In this document: in pieces, positions 1-13,506 of the stretch | Layout: the number at the start of each line of letters is the position of its first letter | Position numbering within the stretch: position 1 is the first letter of the stretch | The notes under the pieces: model-generated | Seen by the model: the letters and a program-made list of their open reading frames with translations, nothing else | Database searches by the model: none | Told to the model about the DNA's origin: nothing | Position numbers and translations under genes: made by a program | Origin: Strigamia acuminata | Taxonomy: Eukaryota | DNA length: 64,000 bases | Direction of reading: 5' to 3' | NCBI GenBank assembly: GCA_949358305.1 | Contig: OX442314.1 | Location: 24,800,001 to 24,864,000, forward strand

Positions 1-334
1 CAGCCTGCCGGCGCGCATTTCTTAACAGACACGGTGTTTTGGGCCGTGTTTTTTGCATTGTTTGATCAGGCCAGTGTGTACACACTTTATAATGCCAATT
101 AACATTCAAAAAAAAATTAAATTAATACCACAATAAAAAGAACTTTATTTAGGTGAAAATGAGGTTACTTTATTACTTATTTACAAAATAAATGAGAAAA
201 ATAAGAAATAGTTTCTTCTAGAAGCTCTGGTTTCCTGAAATATAAAACATGTGATAAAAAACATTTCTTAGATTGTGATTAGAGAAAGAGAGAAGACACG
301 AGATTCTCAGGGGAAATTATCATGTTTTTGAGTT

Positions 335-611
335 TTTGACTTTCGACTTTATTCATATTTAGAGTTTTGACCTTATTCATGAATAAGGTCGAAATTACAT
401 ATGCTGAAATGACTAGGGTCGAAATGACTAAGGTCGAAATCCTATTTCGATCTCATTCATGAATAAGGTCGAAATGACTAAGGTCAAAATCCTGTTTCGA
501 TCTTATTCATGAATAAGGTCGAAATTACATATACAGAAATGACTAAGGTCGAAATGACTAAGGTCGAAATCCGGTTTCGACCTTATTCATTTCGACCCAA
601 GTATCCCATCC
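335..611. repeat. Array of palindromic GGTCGAAATGACTAA / TTCGACCTTATTCATGAATAAGGTCGAA units, probably the end of a non-autonomous DNA transposon
   Basis: About 10 ggtcgaaa/tttcgacc motifs in both orientations, ending in ttcgacccaagtatcccatccc; no second TIR or TSD identified. Confidence 0.65.
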
Positions 612-1583
612 CGCAATAATTTAGCGGCTACCTATCCTAAGGTTCTTGTGGCCTGTTCAGCATTTAAAAATGGCCACAAATCACTAAGGTATTACGTTTA
701 TTGACTTGGTAATCTCGAAAGACAGTTTCGATACGCAGGAAATGTTGCCAAACATTATTATTTTGAAGAATATTTATTTATTTTTTCCCGCATTCTTACG
801 TGCAATCGCTAATTGCTTCAAATGGGGAGTTGCCATGGTGAATGAAGGTTGCTCACATGGTTCAGAGGATATGCTACATCCTGTGAGAGGAAAATTTGCC
901 CTAGAAATCCAATCACAAGCCAAACTTTGAAATGAAACCACACAAAATACTCTTGTTCCTGTCAACCAAAAATACAACAAATACTGGACAACCTGATCCA
1001 CCGTTTTCACCGTTTGACTCTTGTGAAAGTGATCTGCAATCCAACCAAATTTCGCTTATATGGTCTCTCGGATTCAGTGGATTTTTATCTGCATAGTCTC
1101 AACTACTCGTTTCCAAGGAAATGCATCTTGGGCCACTTCTTCATTTTGATTCTCTGCACCGCTCGTATCTCTTCTCAGCTTTTTACATGTCGAAAATGTA
1201 GGAAATTGGCCTAAATTTCAACAAATTTTCCCAGATTTTAGTAATAATCTTCAGAATATCAAGAAAACTTGAATTTCAGGCCCAAATTCCAACATAATTA
1301 TTCATCCAGGTGTTTCACTTTTTGACTGTAATTCCAAAAACCTGGAAAACCCATGTCCAACGGCATGCAGCTTAAAGCGGGGTAATACGGTAATCACTCT
1401 TCTCTTTCCAAGTAGTGGTTAACTAATACCTACATGGAAACATCACAAGTTTTAATCCCACTTTAAGATGTCTTTCCAGTTGCCACAACTGAATTCACAA
1501 TCACAGCACATTAAGTGTAGTATACACCAACACAACTTCAAGATATCCGAAAAAACAATTAGAACCAGATTTTCACTATTTAA

Positions 1584-2310
1584 CACTAGAACGGCTAGAC
1601 CGGTCAAAATGACCAACACAGCTGTTTAAAACAGCTGTAGCAATAAACCAAATGGGTTTCCAATAGCCTTTTTTTTCAGCAAACGTGGCATTTTACTTAA
1701 AGAAGAATAAAAAAAGAATTAACCTATACTCTTGTTCGACTCAAGAGTGTACCCTTCTCCCATTGGCCGAGCCGCATTACTCCTAACTCCAGTCTGTATT
1801 ACCATAGAGCAAAGAATCTATGGTATTACTACTACTAGGAGAAGTAGTTCTTATTATTATTGTTACTACATTTTCGGATCACTACACCAGTGATACGTCG
1901 GCCAATGGGAGAAGGGTACACTCTTGAGTCGAACAAGAGTATAGAACGACTGAAACCGATCAAAATGATCGGTCAAAATAACAAACGATACGTGCACAAT
2001 ACGTGCATACAACGTTTTGGCGACAAATTGATTTGTTTTAAATTCAGAAACACGCAAAACATGCGAAGAAAATAGTACAACAAAAATGATGAATTTTATA
2101 AAACCTGATAAAATTAAAACGCAAATTTTTTATTTCAGACGTGCAATTTTGGATAGATCTGGTTCCCTGATACAGATGATTAAACTACATAGGTCATTCA
2201 TTATTGCACGTTAGTTTATTATCTAGTCATTAAAAATTATTATTTTCTCAATGGGTCATTATGACGATTTTAGCCGTTCTAGGTACGGAAAAATTCCAGC
2301 CGATCTAGTG
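1584..2310. mobile_element. piggyBac-type MITE
   Basis: TTAA on both sides (1580-1583, 2311-2314); TIRs CACTAGAACGGCT / AGCCGATCTAGTG (1 mismatch). Confidence 0.8.
1724..1944. mobile_element. TA-flanked MITE nested in the piggyBac-type MITE
   Basis: Long TIRs ctatactcttgttcgactcaagagtgtacccttctcccattggcc / reverse complement; related copies at ~22848-23254 and ~27520-27596. Confidence 0.8.
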
Positions 2311-4749
2311 TTAATGTCACTGTTGAGATTTTTAAGCCTCGAACAATAAAACCATGCAGATTCTGCGTGTGCTTACGTGATTTTAACCTCCAAACATTAC
2401 TTTTCAAATTTGGATGTTGAAATAACAAAGAGAGTGTCTTCAACAGCTTCTTTAAATCCTTTCAAGTAATTTGAAACTTAATTTGTTGCTACCATTTTGA
2501 TGAAATAAGACTTTTTTGTTTTAGTTGAATTTCATTGACGCATTGTTTTCACTAAACATTTTGAAAACGCTAAATCCAATACAAAAAAAAAGATAGTCAA
2601 CAAACAAACAAACAAACAAACCAATCAGAGAAAAATTTCTCACAAATAAGTAAACCAACCGATAACCTAAACCAAAACATTAAACTGATCAATTCCGTTT
2701 TGACATTTCTCGCATTGACACCTCCTCTTCAATTTCAAATTACTGGTTACAATTTCAAACCCTCCAGCACGAAAATTACCACTCACAGCACCATTAATCT
2801 TCCCAAAAATTCATCACTGCGAAACAAAAACCTCCCAAAAAAAAAACTACAAGCAAAAATATCATATCCCCCCCATATTTTTTACCCCCCTTTATACCGG
2901 TTATTCATCAACACCACTTAGCCCGAACACAAATAAATGTGAGAAAAGTTTAGCACGTTCTCGCGAGCTGCGGCACGTGAAGAGATAAATAATGACAACC
3001 AGCCATTATTTCATCCATCAGAAAACGTGTAGCTGGAGAATTTCTTCAAAAACCCCCTCCCGGGTCCTGCGCAATGCCTTTAACCCATCAGACAAACGCG
3101 TCTCGAAGCGTCGTTTATTTCCAGTTAATTTTTGTCGGATAACAAAACGCTCGTTTGTTAGCGCGCAAAGATATTGCTTTAAAGCGCTCGCGTCCATAAA
3201 TCACGCTTTGAGGTTATTTTCTCAAGGGCCTCAGCAAGCTTGTAGATTTGCAGTTAGACACCGGATCCGGCGCGTGATTGATAATCGTGTCCATGTCATC
3301 GTGGCCACACATCGGTTTAAAATGAACGTGTAAAGTAACAATTTACGCGCACTCGATGGACGAGACGCCAAAAGTCAACGCCTCGAGAGTCGACACCATC
3401 GATTTAAAACCGTCACGTAATAATAAAAAATAATAAATTAAGTTAAAAAGCTGATCCTGTAGGGGAAAAGTGATTAAACTGATGGATGACTTGTCGGCAC
3501 ATGATTGGGTTTGCATCGACACTGTTGGTTGAATCGGTTATGGGAGATTGTATCCAATGTCACGTTAAGCCGTTGCCGATCGATCGATGCGAGCTAATTA
3601 TTTCCAAGCTTTCTCATCACATTCGGGTTTGTTTAATTATTCACAAAAGACGTCATTTAAACTCAATTTCGAGCATTTAATTTCAAGTTACGAATACCAC
3701 ATTTCATTTTCGACTGAAGTAGCTAATTACAAACCGTGTTGTCGTTAAGATAATAGGGTTTGTGCGTACGAGTGCGACAACTGTTAAGAGGCAATCGTCT
3801 GATCCTCCAACCATTTTCTCTCAAATCTGGAGTTGCGCGCCCTATCGTCGATAAGTTGACAATTCTTTTAGTAAGGTGCGTTTCATAAATATAAAACCAC
3901 CCGCAAAAATTGGCTTCCCAGAAAAACGATTAAAACAATCACAAAACTGTTTGTTGCACGTGAACATTCATCAAATTTTACACCTTTTACTCATTCCAAA
4001 ACAATTCTGAACACAAATAACTACTGGTCACGATTAAAGAGCAAATTTTGCATCTTTTCCAAAATTCGAACAAAAAATTTCGCAATAATTATAAATTAGT
4101 TCGCACTTTAATAAGTGAAAGCTTAAGCCGTAAAATAAGTAGATTATAAGATTATTGCTTAAAGTAACAATAAATGGACTATTTCACGGTTCAAACTGCG
4201 GATACATGGGCCTTGAGACTGCATTCTCGGAAATTCGGAGTTTCAACCGTGAAATAATCTGTGGGTATTTGCATAATTGTGCTGCGTGCACCGTCGAAAC
4301 AGAGAAAACCAGAATTCAAAATACCAACTGCCGGAACCAAAGCTATTGTAGTAAATAACATCAGCCAAGATTTCGAGTTTAAAAGTCTCTTTTTCTTTCC
4401 TTACGGAGTTAATTTCATGTTAAACTACATAAGGGTGCGTTCAACTTCTATGCAATTTCAATATCAAGTGTTTTATTTCGCTCACTGCGATTATCTTTAG
4501 TCATTTAAGCAAACTTTAAGTGATCTCTTATCCAATTTCAATTGCATTCTTCTCAAGCGAAATCCTTATGATTCCTCGCAGCATTAACACAATAAAAAAA
4601 ACACAACAGAGTTTGACTAATTTCCCTAAATGGTGGTCTCAATTTCCCCATGTTTTGATGCCCGTGTTTTAATTGAACTTTACTATTCAATTAAACGCTT
4701 ACACCCCTCCTAAGAGACGCCAACTGCTGCCAAAATAATGGCACCTTAC

Positions 4750-4767
4750 CTTCGAAAAGCAAGCAAC
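4750..4767 (-). other. Candidate 18-nt micro-exon of a minus-strand gene not otherwise resolved in this window
   Basis: Minus strand reads ttttcattcag|GTTGCTTGCTTTTCGAAG|gtaaggt: strong acceptor and donor, length divisible by 3, no stop in any frame. Confidence 0.4.
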
Positions 4768-5144
4768 CTGAATGAAAATAATTATACTTTGAAAGACGTA
4801 AATTAATTCTAATTATTATTAATACCAATTACTGGAAACACCCCTTTTGCCAAGCTTCCCGATGTGGGTTCAAGGCTTTGCTGCAAAGCACTAAAAAAGA
4901 AAAACATCGTGCCAGTTATCCGGTAGTTATAACTTAATTACTTCACAAAACGGAGACAACTTGACACATACACATTACAGGTGTACTCCTGTTTTAGTTT
5001 CGTTTCTGCAACGATCAGGCCACACAAATGCACTCGTGCAGACAATAGAGTCTGAGCTTGGTATCTTGATGCAAAAAGCAATCTGACAAATCCCTGTCTG
5101 CGCACAAATAAAAGCATTAGATGCGTTCAAAGTTGGTTTATACT

Positions 5145-5683
5145 AGGCGCATTCGAAAAGTCATTTGCACTAAACGACCAGTGCAACTGGTAGTGTAAAT
5201 GTCAAATTAAACGACCCAATTTTCGAGTTGAAAAATAAATTTCTGTGTAAATTTCAGTGTAAATTAAAGTGTAAATAAACTAGCCCAAATGCGGCCGTTC
5301 ATCGGCCGCATTCAATCGCACAAATGCGGCCGAATACGATCATACAAATGCGGCCGAATACCGGCCGCATTCGATCGCACAAAGGCAGCCGATTATCGGC
5401 CGCATTCAATCGCACAAATGCGGCCACATACCGGCCGCATTCAATCGCACAAACGTACCTAAATCGTTCCAACCGATCTAAGTAAATCCAAGATGGCTGC
5501 CAGCAAGACCCGATTTGAACGAGAAAACTCGTTGAACGGAGATTTTAAACGGAAACGTGGCGTGCAGGCCGTTTCCGTTTAACCAGTTTACACGACATTT
5601 ACACGAATTAATTCGTGTAAATGTCGTCTGAAAACGAGTGTAAACACATTTACACTCGTTTTAATGACTTTTCGAATGCGCCT
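5145..5683. mobile_element. PIF/Harbinger-like MITE with internal GCGGCC tandem repeats
   Basis: TIR AGGCGCATTCGAAAAGTCATT / AATGACTTTTCGAATGCGCCT; 3-bp TSD ACT/ACT; internal repeats at ~5287-5455. Confidence 0.8.
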
Positions 5684-5710
5684 ACTGTTTATATAAACAC
5701 CCAAAACAGT

Positions 5711-5924
5711 AGCTGCATTCAACAATTAAAATAGTGTTTTACTGAAATTTTTAAACAAAAATGACATCACTTCCTGTCCCATTTTTCATACTAAAATTGG
5801 TAAAAATTTTTTACCAATTTTAGTAAAAATACTAACCAAATACACTTAAACTCAAAATTTACACTTAAAATACACGTAAACTAAAATCGTTAAAACACAA
5901 GTATTTTTATTTTTGAATGCACCT
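5711..5924. mobile_element. PIF/Harbinger-like MITE
   Basis: TIR AGCTGCATTCAA / TTGAATGCACCT; TSD AGT/AGT; similar decayed copy at ~57740-57862. Confidence 0.7.
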
Positions 5925-6188
5925 AGTGTGCAAAAACGTGCCTAACTGTGAAACTGTTCGTTTTTGGGCCCATTTGTAGTATCGTTTTTGCGTCTCTATC
6001 GTGCGAGTGAATGGCGCATAAAAATTCATTTTGTTCTATTCAACTGACGAATTGTGATTACAGCCCCCTTATTTGAACCATGAACCAAGGATAACATGGA
6101 CATGTGTCTGTGTGTTATTTCATATTGATTCGTTATTCTGTGCACTGATTGGATGAAAGCAATCACATGCCATTCATTCCTTGCCAAC

Positions 6189-7840
6189 TAAGCATGAAAT
6201 GTACCGCGGTACCGGTACGCGGTACATGTTGCTTCCTCATAAAGCGGTACAGTACCGGTACGGGGATTTCGCGGTACTCGGGAAAACGCGAGAAAACACG
6301 AGAATCTCGTGTGGTGTTTTCTCCCGTTTTCCACTTTTAAGTTAAAAATTGTATGTTTGCACTCATTTAAAGTGAGTATAAAGTTGTGAAAATATTAAAC
6401 TTTGTAATTTATGTAACTTATAAGACATACGTTTAATAAATTAAAATTAACTTTTACCGAAATAAGAGGGTTTTCATTTAATTGGATTAAATTGAAACTG
6501 CAAATTAGGAATAAGAACTAATAAAGTAATACACTGGCCTGGCCTGGCCCTATTTGTGTAAACACATTATACATTAAGAATTAATAAAAAAAAATACACA
6601 AAATAGGGTACGGCGACGCGAGGCCCCCGACGATACACAATCGACGACAAGAAACGGGAATTCAAATTTTAAAGTAATAAAACCAATTAAAAGTTAATTT
6701 ATACAACGCAATCTGTACTCTTTTTCCTGTTCTAGCCAATCCGACGTATTGTATTTGTAGCGACGTTCAATCAGGATGGAGTTTTGTCACTTTGTGTAAA
6801 AACGAACTATATAAAGTCATTTTGAATAACCATGAATCATTATCCAGTCCAGTTCGCATCGCCTAATTACCGCTACCGAAACATCGAATTATGAACCAAC
6901 CAGCGCAATCAGTTTCTCAATTTAACAAATCATTGGGCGGCGACGAAGATCGAGATACTTTTCCTGAATACGAAGATGAAATCGAAACAAAATATTAGGA
7001 ACGCCACTGACAAAATTTCAAACATTCTTGGGTCGTTAAGTGAATTTTTTATACCGGAACCTGTCCTCGCCGAAGCAGTTGAAGAATATTCCAATTCAAT
7101 TTTAAAGTTCGTTGCCAGTTATGTCCCAAGAAAGTTATGCTTTCCTCGTCAAGTGATTCGAATTCCAATCTGTCCAAACACTTTAAACAACAACATCTTT
7201 CCGAATTCCAAAAATACACAGCAGCCAAAGCCAATTCCATTGGGCAATCGTCGAATAAGTGACAGGCGGAAAACAGTTGTGTTGAATCTCCACAGAAACG
7301 GCAGAGCAGAGCACCCTTTCCAAATGGCGCTCGGGACCGGGAGTGATTCCAGTTTTAAGCGAGGAGAAGAGCAATAAGTTGTTGATTAGTTACATTGTTG
7401 AGGAAATGTTGCCGTTGTCCGCCGTGGATAAACAATCGTTTCGTTTTGTCAGTTTTGTCAGGTTCCGGTATAAAAAATTTACTTAACGACCCAAGAATGT
7501 TTGAAATTTTGTCAGTGGCGTTCCTAATATTTGTTTCGATTCGATCTTCGTATTCAGGAAAAGTATCTCGATCTTCGTCGTCGCCCTCGTTTTGTTCGAT
7601 TAGCAAATCTAATGATTTGTTAAATTGAGAAACTGTTTGCGCTGGTTGGTCCATAATTCGATGTTTCGGTAGCGGTAATTAGGCGATGCGAACTGGACTG
7701 GATAATAATTCATGGTTATTCAAAATGACTTTATATAGTTCGTTTTTACACAAAGTGACAAAACTCCATCCTGATTGAACGTCGCTACAAATACAATACG
7801 TCGGATTGGCTAGAACAGGAGAAAGAGTACAGATTACGTT
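6189..7840 (+). mobile_element. Rearranged hAT transposon 5' portion with fold-back (inverted duplication)
   Basis: Clustered CGGTAC subterminal-type repeats at 6200-6280; CCAAT (~6736) and TATATAAA (6808-6815); transposase remnant; inverted arms 6705-7063 / 7459-7840. The left boundary is approximate and no right TIR was seen. Confidence 0.75.
6891..7450 (+). pseudogene. hAT transposase N-terminal remnant (BED zinc finger plus start of the dimerisation/DNA-binding region), frameshifted
   Basis: Joined across frameshifts: MNQPAQSVSQF...LSEFFIPEP...FKVRCQLCPKKVMLSSSSDSNSNLSKHFKQQH (C-x2-C...H-x4-H BED signature, 7113-7196), then KLLISYIVEEMLPLSAVDKQSFR (to 7444), a typical hAT motif. Confidence 0.8.
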
Positions 7841-8395
7841 TATTCAGCGCTAACGTCAAGCATGCGTAATTTAAAGTTCAGTTGTTTGTTGATTGTTAAT
7901 TTCGACGGGTCCTCCATCTAAATCTTTTTGAGTTTGAGGACTTTCAACAACTTTAACGGTAGGCGATTATTGAATCTACAGTGGAGTTTCAGCTTATTTT
8001 ACTCGTGTGCGATGATTTCGGATACGCCGAAACTTTAAACGCACCTATTATTTTTAGAAACAATAACACGTAATGGCACTATTCATTCGTGCGCAATAAA
8101 CAATTTTAAACTTTTCTGTTTTCGTGTGCAAAAAATAAAATTTACCTTTTCAATTCGGCATCACATACCAACTGCAGACCACAACAGTCTAACCCAAATT
8201 ATGGATTGGTTGGCTAGTAAAATCTAAATCCGTCCAACCGGTTATATTATTTGAGAACAGGAAGATAAGTTGACGTGGAATGCACCTGATGTCTACCGCT
8301 TTTAATTTAAGTGAGGGTTTGGTCCAATAAAACATACGGTCAAGCCAAGTCAATAAAAAGCACGAATAAACATTCCACAAGAAAAATGGCGCCAC

Positions 8396-8757
8396 CAGTG
8401 GCGGATTACCCATAAGGCAAAGCCACCTAGGCGCCCCAACCTAATATCCTTTATAAAAAAAAAACCGATATTGAAAAACCAATATTATTCTATCAAAAAT
8501 TAACTTCTTCACTCAAACAGTGCACAAATCTGCCGAAATGGGTCAATTATCCTTCTTGAAATTCTTTAATCTGTGCCAACAAGACAAAATTATGTTTAAA
8601 AATTAAAAATTGCGTTTACCTTAAAAAAAAAAAAATTCTTTTTGCAAAAAATTCTGATTTGAGCGTCTAAAACGTGCACTTTTTGAAACCCATCCGTCCA
8701 TGGGGGCCCCTAAAGTGCCTTTGCCTAAGGGCCCCAGATGTTATTAATCCGTCACTG
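8396..8757. mobile_element. hAT-like MITE
   Basis: TIR CAGTGGCGGATTA / TAATCCGTCACTG; degenerate 8-bp flanks GGCGCCAC/GGCAATAC. Confidence 0.6.
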
Positions 8758-9702
8758 GGCAATACCGAACACTAACTTGAAAAATTATCTATGAGGAAAA
8801 ACAACACGATCAAATGTTGCTTCTGAACCAGTCGCACGTGGCAGAAGGTCAATAGTGACGCGAATACGAAAAACACACATAAACTACTGAAGGTTTTAAA
8901 TCAATTGTAAGTAAAAGCAGTTACTGTTTCTCCTTCTCCAGTATCCCTAGCTACATGTTGCTGATGGCAACTCAATTGAAGATGCTCGGTCGAAAAGTAC
9001 AACACCACCTGGTGTGTGCAGATGGCACCACAGCAGACAGAGCTCGAGGGCACTGCAAACAAGCGCTTTTGCAAAAATGTAGAAAACTTTAACTTGCCCC
9101 GAAATCATGCACACATTTTCACATCAATGTGATGGAAAGAAGAAAAGAAAAAGCAAACTCGGTTCGCTCACTTGTTTCTGCCCGCAGTTCACTATATTTC
9201 ATTTTCTTTTTTTCACTTACAAAAAATTTCTCTCAAATAAAACTCCTTTTAAACTCACATTGGGGCAGTAAATCGGTCATTTCTTTTGATGTTTATAGTT
9301 AACTTACCAGCTGAATTCAAAAAGATGTTTTTAAGACCTTTTCGTCTTAAAGTTGAGTTTTATGTTTGGCTTTTACAATCGTTTTCTGTAGGTGCATTCA
9401 AAATTTCTTATTTAAATGGTATTGCAAAGTGTTTCTATGGGTTTAACGGCAAAAATAGAAAAGAAAAACACGCATTAACTATAAACACGCGAGATTATTT
9501 TGTTTTTGTCTTTGTCTATAGCAGGGGTCGGCAAGTAATTTTAAGTGGGGTCCGGATACTATTGAAAATTTTTATCGAGGTCCAGAAAAAAAAAACACTT
9601 AAAAACCTTACTAAAAACCTAAGAAAACGAAAAGAAACAAGTAAACATCTGTAATGCAGGAAAGCATTACATATTAGACTTCTAAACCCTGTCCCTCTGT
9701 CC

Positions 9703-9830
9703 GATTGAAATTCTCTGGAAATATCTGTAATTTTGATTGAAATTCTCTGGAAATATCTGTAATTTCGATTGAAATTCTCTGGAAATATCTGTAATTTCGA
9801 TTGAAATTCTCTGGAAATATCTTTAATTTC
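9703..9830. repeat. 32-bp minisatellite, ~4 copies
   Basis: Unit gattgaaattctctggaaatatctgtaatttt. Confidence 0.9.
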
Positions 9831-11590
9831 AAGTTTTTTTTCTAAAGAATTTATATGGTGAGAGGAGAACCGAAACATCACAAATTTGATAAATCCCTAT
9901 TTGTGCTTCATGTTTTTCATAGCCATTGTTTATAAAACACTCAAAAAAAAATTAAAATCAAACTTTGACTGCTAAAAGTAATTTTAAAACCAATTATCAA
10001 ATTTAATAGAATCCAAGAAAACAAAACAAAACCACTTTAAAAAAAAATCAAAGTAAACCAGCCCGAAACTCAAAATCAATCTCCGCAAAACAACAAAAAC
10101 ACTTTAATTTCTGACCTTTCCCAACCCAATCTCCAATCGCATCAAATAAACTTAATGCAACTTCCAAATCCCGCTTCCCCTTCCTTCTATTTATTTTATT
10201 TTAACTTTTCCAGACCGCGCAGGATTGATTCAAACTAGTTTCCAAATCACAGATTGTGTTCAAGCACACGACAAATAAAATTCCACTGAGCCATCGGGGA
10301 CCCCGAACGGATCTTGCGGATTTGAGCCGGGTCACATTGCGAGATGGTTCCTATCGAAGACCACTGGCTCCCATCTAATGTCGCCACCATGTGGACACTT
10401 CGCCCGTTATCAGCTCCTCCGATATCGTTGCTGTCAGCAAATTCACGCTTCTACTCACTCCTAAGCTACCTGATGATGACACCATCCCGTATCACTTCCC
10501 CCATCACTAATAATTCTCCACCCTTAACACCGAGAGTTATACTCGTTCGCGCAGCAATTAATAAGCTCGCCTTTGTGCTTTAAATCGCCGCAAAAACGCA
10601 TTTACAGTCGGCATAAAGCAAGACCCTTAACGACACCAGTGTCGACTGTAGTGACAACTTTGTCACATTTTTTTTTATGTTGTTGCTGGAGCGGAAGATG
10701 CAGTAAAAGAGGCTGACTTTCAGCGAGCGGAAATTTCAGGGATTTTAAAGCTTCTTGGCGTTGCGAAAAGCTTTCTGATTTTAAGCTGGAGGAAAAGAAA
10801 CAGAAAAAGGTATATTAAGGTCGAATTTTACACGGAGGGGAAGAGAAAAGTTGCAGCTACATTATTTATCATTTTCTTTTTTTCTTTTTTTCTTTAGTTT
10901 TTTTTTTGACAACGCATTTGGTCATTTCATTAAAACACTTTTTTTTGCGGTTAATTTAAATATTAAATAGGACAACGCGGGTAAACAAGCAACCGATATC
11001 CTGTAAAATTGTGTTTCCGTATTTATATTTTGAATTTTTCGAAGTTATGAAATTTTAATTAACACTTGGAGACATAAGCCTAGGGACAACAACTTTCTTT
11101 AATAAGAAATTTTTTCTAATTTTTTGCTAAAACGTTTTCAATTTGTTTTGTGATAATAATCTTAATCGCGGATGAAATTTGTAGTCGTTGCTTATTTAAT
11201 TAATTAATTATTCTACATTGAAATGTTCTGTCCCTTAAAACTCCAGCAATTTGGTGGTGTTTAGTAGCGCCAGCTGTGGCAATTTTTAAAAACAAACTTA
11301 ACTGTGCTCTAACTCATGGACCTGAAAGTTGTCCCTTAACTCCTAAACGCATACTAACTTATACCAAGACAACATATTTTACCCTTATACACCACAGAAT
11401 TAAATTAATTTTAAATCCGAATTACAAGGTAAATAAATTATTTTTAATAAATTGAAATTTAAAAGTTTGGTTTTAGGGTCATTTAAATTTCTTCATTTTC
11501 ACCCAATCAACAAACTGCAGCCCATTTCTTTCAACACAATCAAGCATACATACGCTCACGGCTTTTCGTGATGGATGTAAGCATCATAAC

Positions 11591-12065
11591 TAGAGTTAGG
11601 ACAAATGCACAAATGCATAGGAATTATTTTTATTCAACAAAAAGCCGAAATTGGCTATAAATGCATATTTTCCAGAAATAAATGCATAAATCGCCATTTT
11701 TCCGGAAAAAACGGTGATTTTAAAGACATGTATCGTGTACATACGCGTGCATTCGAAAAACTGAGGACTTTGCCAAAAACAGACACCAGCGAAGTCACTA
11801 AATTAGTGTCTAGAAAAAGTTTTAAGAAATAAACAAATAAAAAATAAAAAATAAATAGAAAAAATGAATTGTAATTACTAATTATAATTCATTTACATCA
11901 AGAACACTTTGAAATGGCATTAAGTTGTTATTTAACACCCGATTTCTATCTAATAAATTTTTTTATTTTGCATATTTTTATTTTTAATTTGCATAAAATG
12001 GAATTTTTAGTGGACATTTTATGCACATAAAACAAATTTTAGTTTGCATAAATATCCTGTGTCTA
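11591..12065. mobile_element. hAT-type non-autonomous element
   Basis: Perfect 8-bp TSD ATCATAAC (11583-11590, 12066-12073); ends TAGAG...TGTCTA with aaatgcata/tatgca subterminal motifs. Confidence 0.75.
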
Positions 12066-13397
12066 ATCATAACCTTTGGCATCATATTGTGTCTTTGGAT
12101 ACATGAATATTATCATATTATATTATTGACAACTAGCAAATGGTCATGATCCGAAACGCGAGTGCGGGGTATTAGGCCATGTAAGCCGCGAATCTGAGGG
12201 CCGGCTTTCTTGAAAAACCAACCTTGCATTTGCACCGAGAACTGGGAAAACCACACAAAACCAAGTTGGAGACGGATGACAGATGTTCTTGCCCTAGAAA
12301 CAGTACCACAGTCAGACAAGGATGTGTGGCAGCCATTTTGAATTTGGTAGTAAAAACCTAAACCTAAAGCACTTTGAGATCGAAAACTGAAAACATTCCA
12401 AAAACTAATTTGCACCGCGATATCGACTTACAAATTCATTGGCAAAATGTTTAGTCACGAGACCAAAAGTTTCATTTAATTTAATATTTGTTTACCAAAA
12501 AAAAGCTATACAAATCTCTTTTTTAAATTTCATGTCATTTTAATATTTAACAGTAGATGTTTTTCTCGAACTCTATACATCATGGCATCCAATTACATTA
12601 TACATCATTTCAAAAGACAATATCAAACAAACAAAAATAGATTACCTTTTATGTCAATCTGGAATTCCTATACTACAATATCACATTTCCCTAGTCCAAT
12701 ATTTAATATTACATTCCGCAAGCTAAAATCCAACTCAAAAACTACAGAAAATTTTCTTCTTGTTTGGTGTTCCAATTTTTCTCTTTTGCCAGTTTAAAGT
12801 GCCTCCCTGCATCAAATTTTGACACTCGTTTTGCCATTACAAATTCATTCATAGATACAAATAAACCTCACTTTTGTGCATTTTGTTTCTGAATTTCATC
12901 ATTCAAATTCTATTATCTATAAAATTCAGTCTTTACAAGCATTCACTAGCTTACAGATTTTAAAAAATAAATATATAATGGAAAAGCTCCTTGGGTACAG
13001 GAGTAGTTTGCAAAAGTTAAAGGTGGATTTCAGTTCAGTGGTATTGTACAGTACATAGCATGCAAAGAAACGTTTCGGTTTGGTCCACCGAGACTCCCAT
13101 CTGAAGTAAAAACACCTCTTCGGTAATGGGAAATTAAGCATAGAAAATAAAAAATGTAAAACTGGTCGACAAAAAGACGATCCTCTAAAGCTAAAGATGC
13201 ATTTCAGCTGAGGGGTATTACCATTGCATGTTAAGAACGTCCAGACTTGGACCACTGCATCTCCTCCCAACTTGAAAACACCGTTAAGCACGCCTCCGTG
13301 CTTTTCCACGATTCCCCCAGGAGGTACGTACAACACAAGATTTGGAATCTATAAATTTTTGCCGAGATTCGAATGAGATTCCGGAGGATTAGTCGTA

Positions 13398-13483
13398 CCG
13401 TATTCTTCGATTCTAAGACGCATTATGTTTTTAGAGATGTTTATATAGGAAAAAAGTTCAGTCTTAAATTCGAAGAAATACGG
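13398..13483. mobile_element. Short Tc1/mariner(pogo)-type MITE
   Basis: TA TSD; TIR CCGTATTCTTCGA / TCGAAGAAATACGG. Confidence 0.7.
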
Positions 13484-13506
13484 TATATCGTAACCTTTTT
13501 GCACTA

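Noticed and set aside
640..1560. Possible decayed coding sequence on the minus strand
   Set aside because: Stops in all frames and no motif I could recognise; needs a translated search
6976..7654. ORF-track proteins of 133 aa (+) and 99 aa (-) as novel genes
   Set aside because: Both are frameshifted or truncated read-outs of the hAT transposase remnant and its inverted copy
10963..11339. Kolobok-like element (ggacaac ... gttgtccc, TTAA)
   Set aside because: Termini too short and ambiguous (two candidate left ends) to call
12926..13336. 136-aa minus-strand ORF (also 2992-3333, 12113-12415, 26866-27360, 29610-29954)
   Set aside because: No recognisable domain or coherent exon chain; several overlap MITEs or introns
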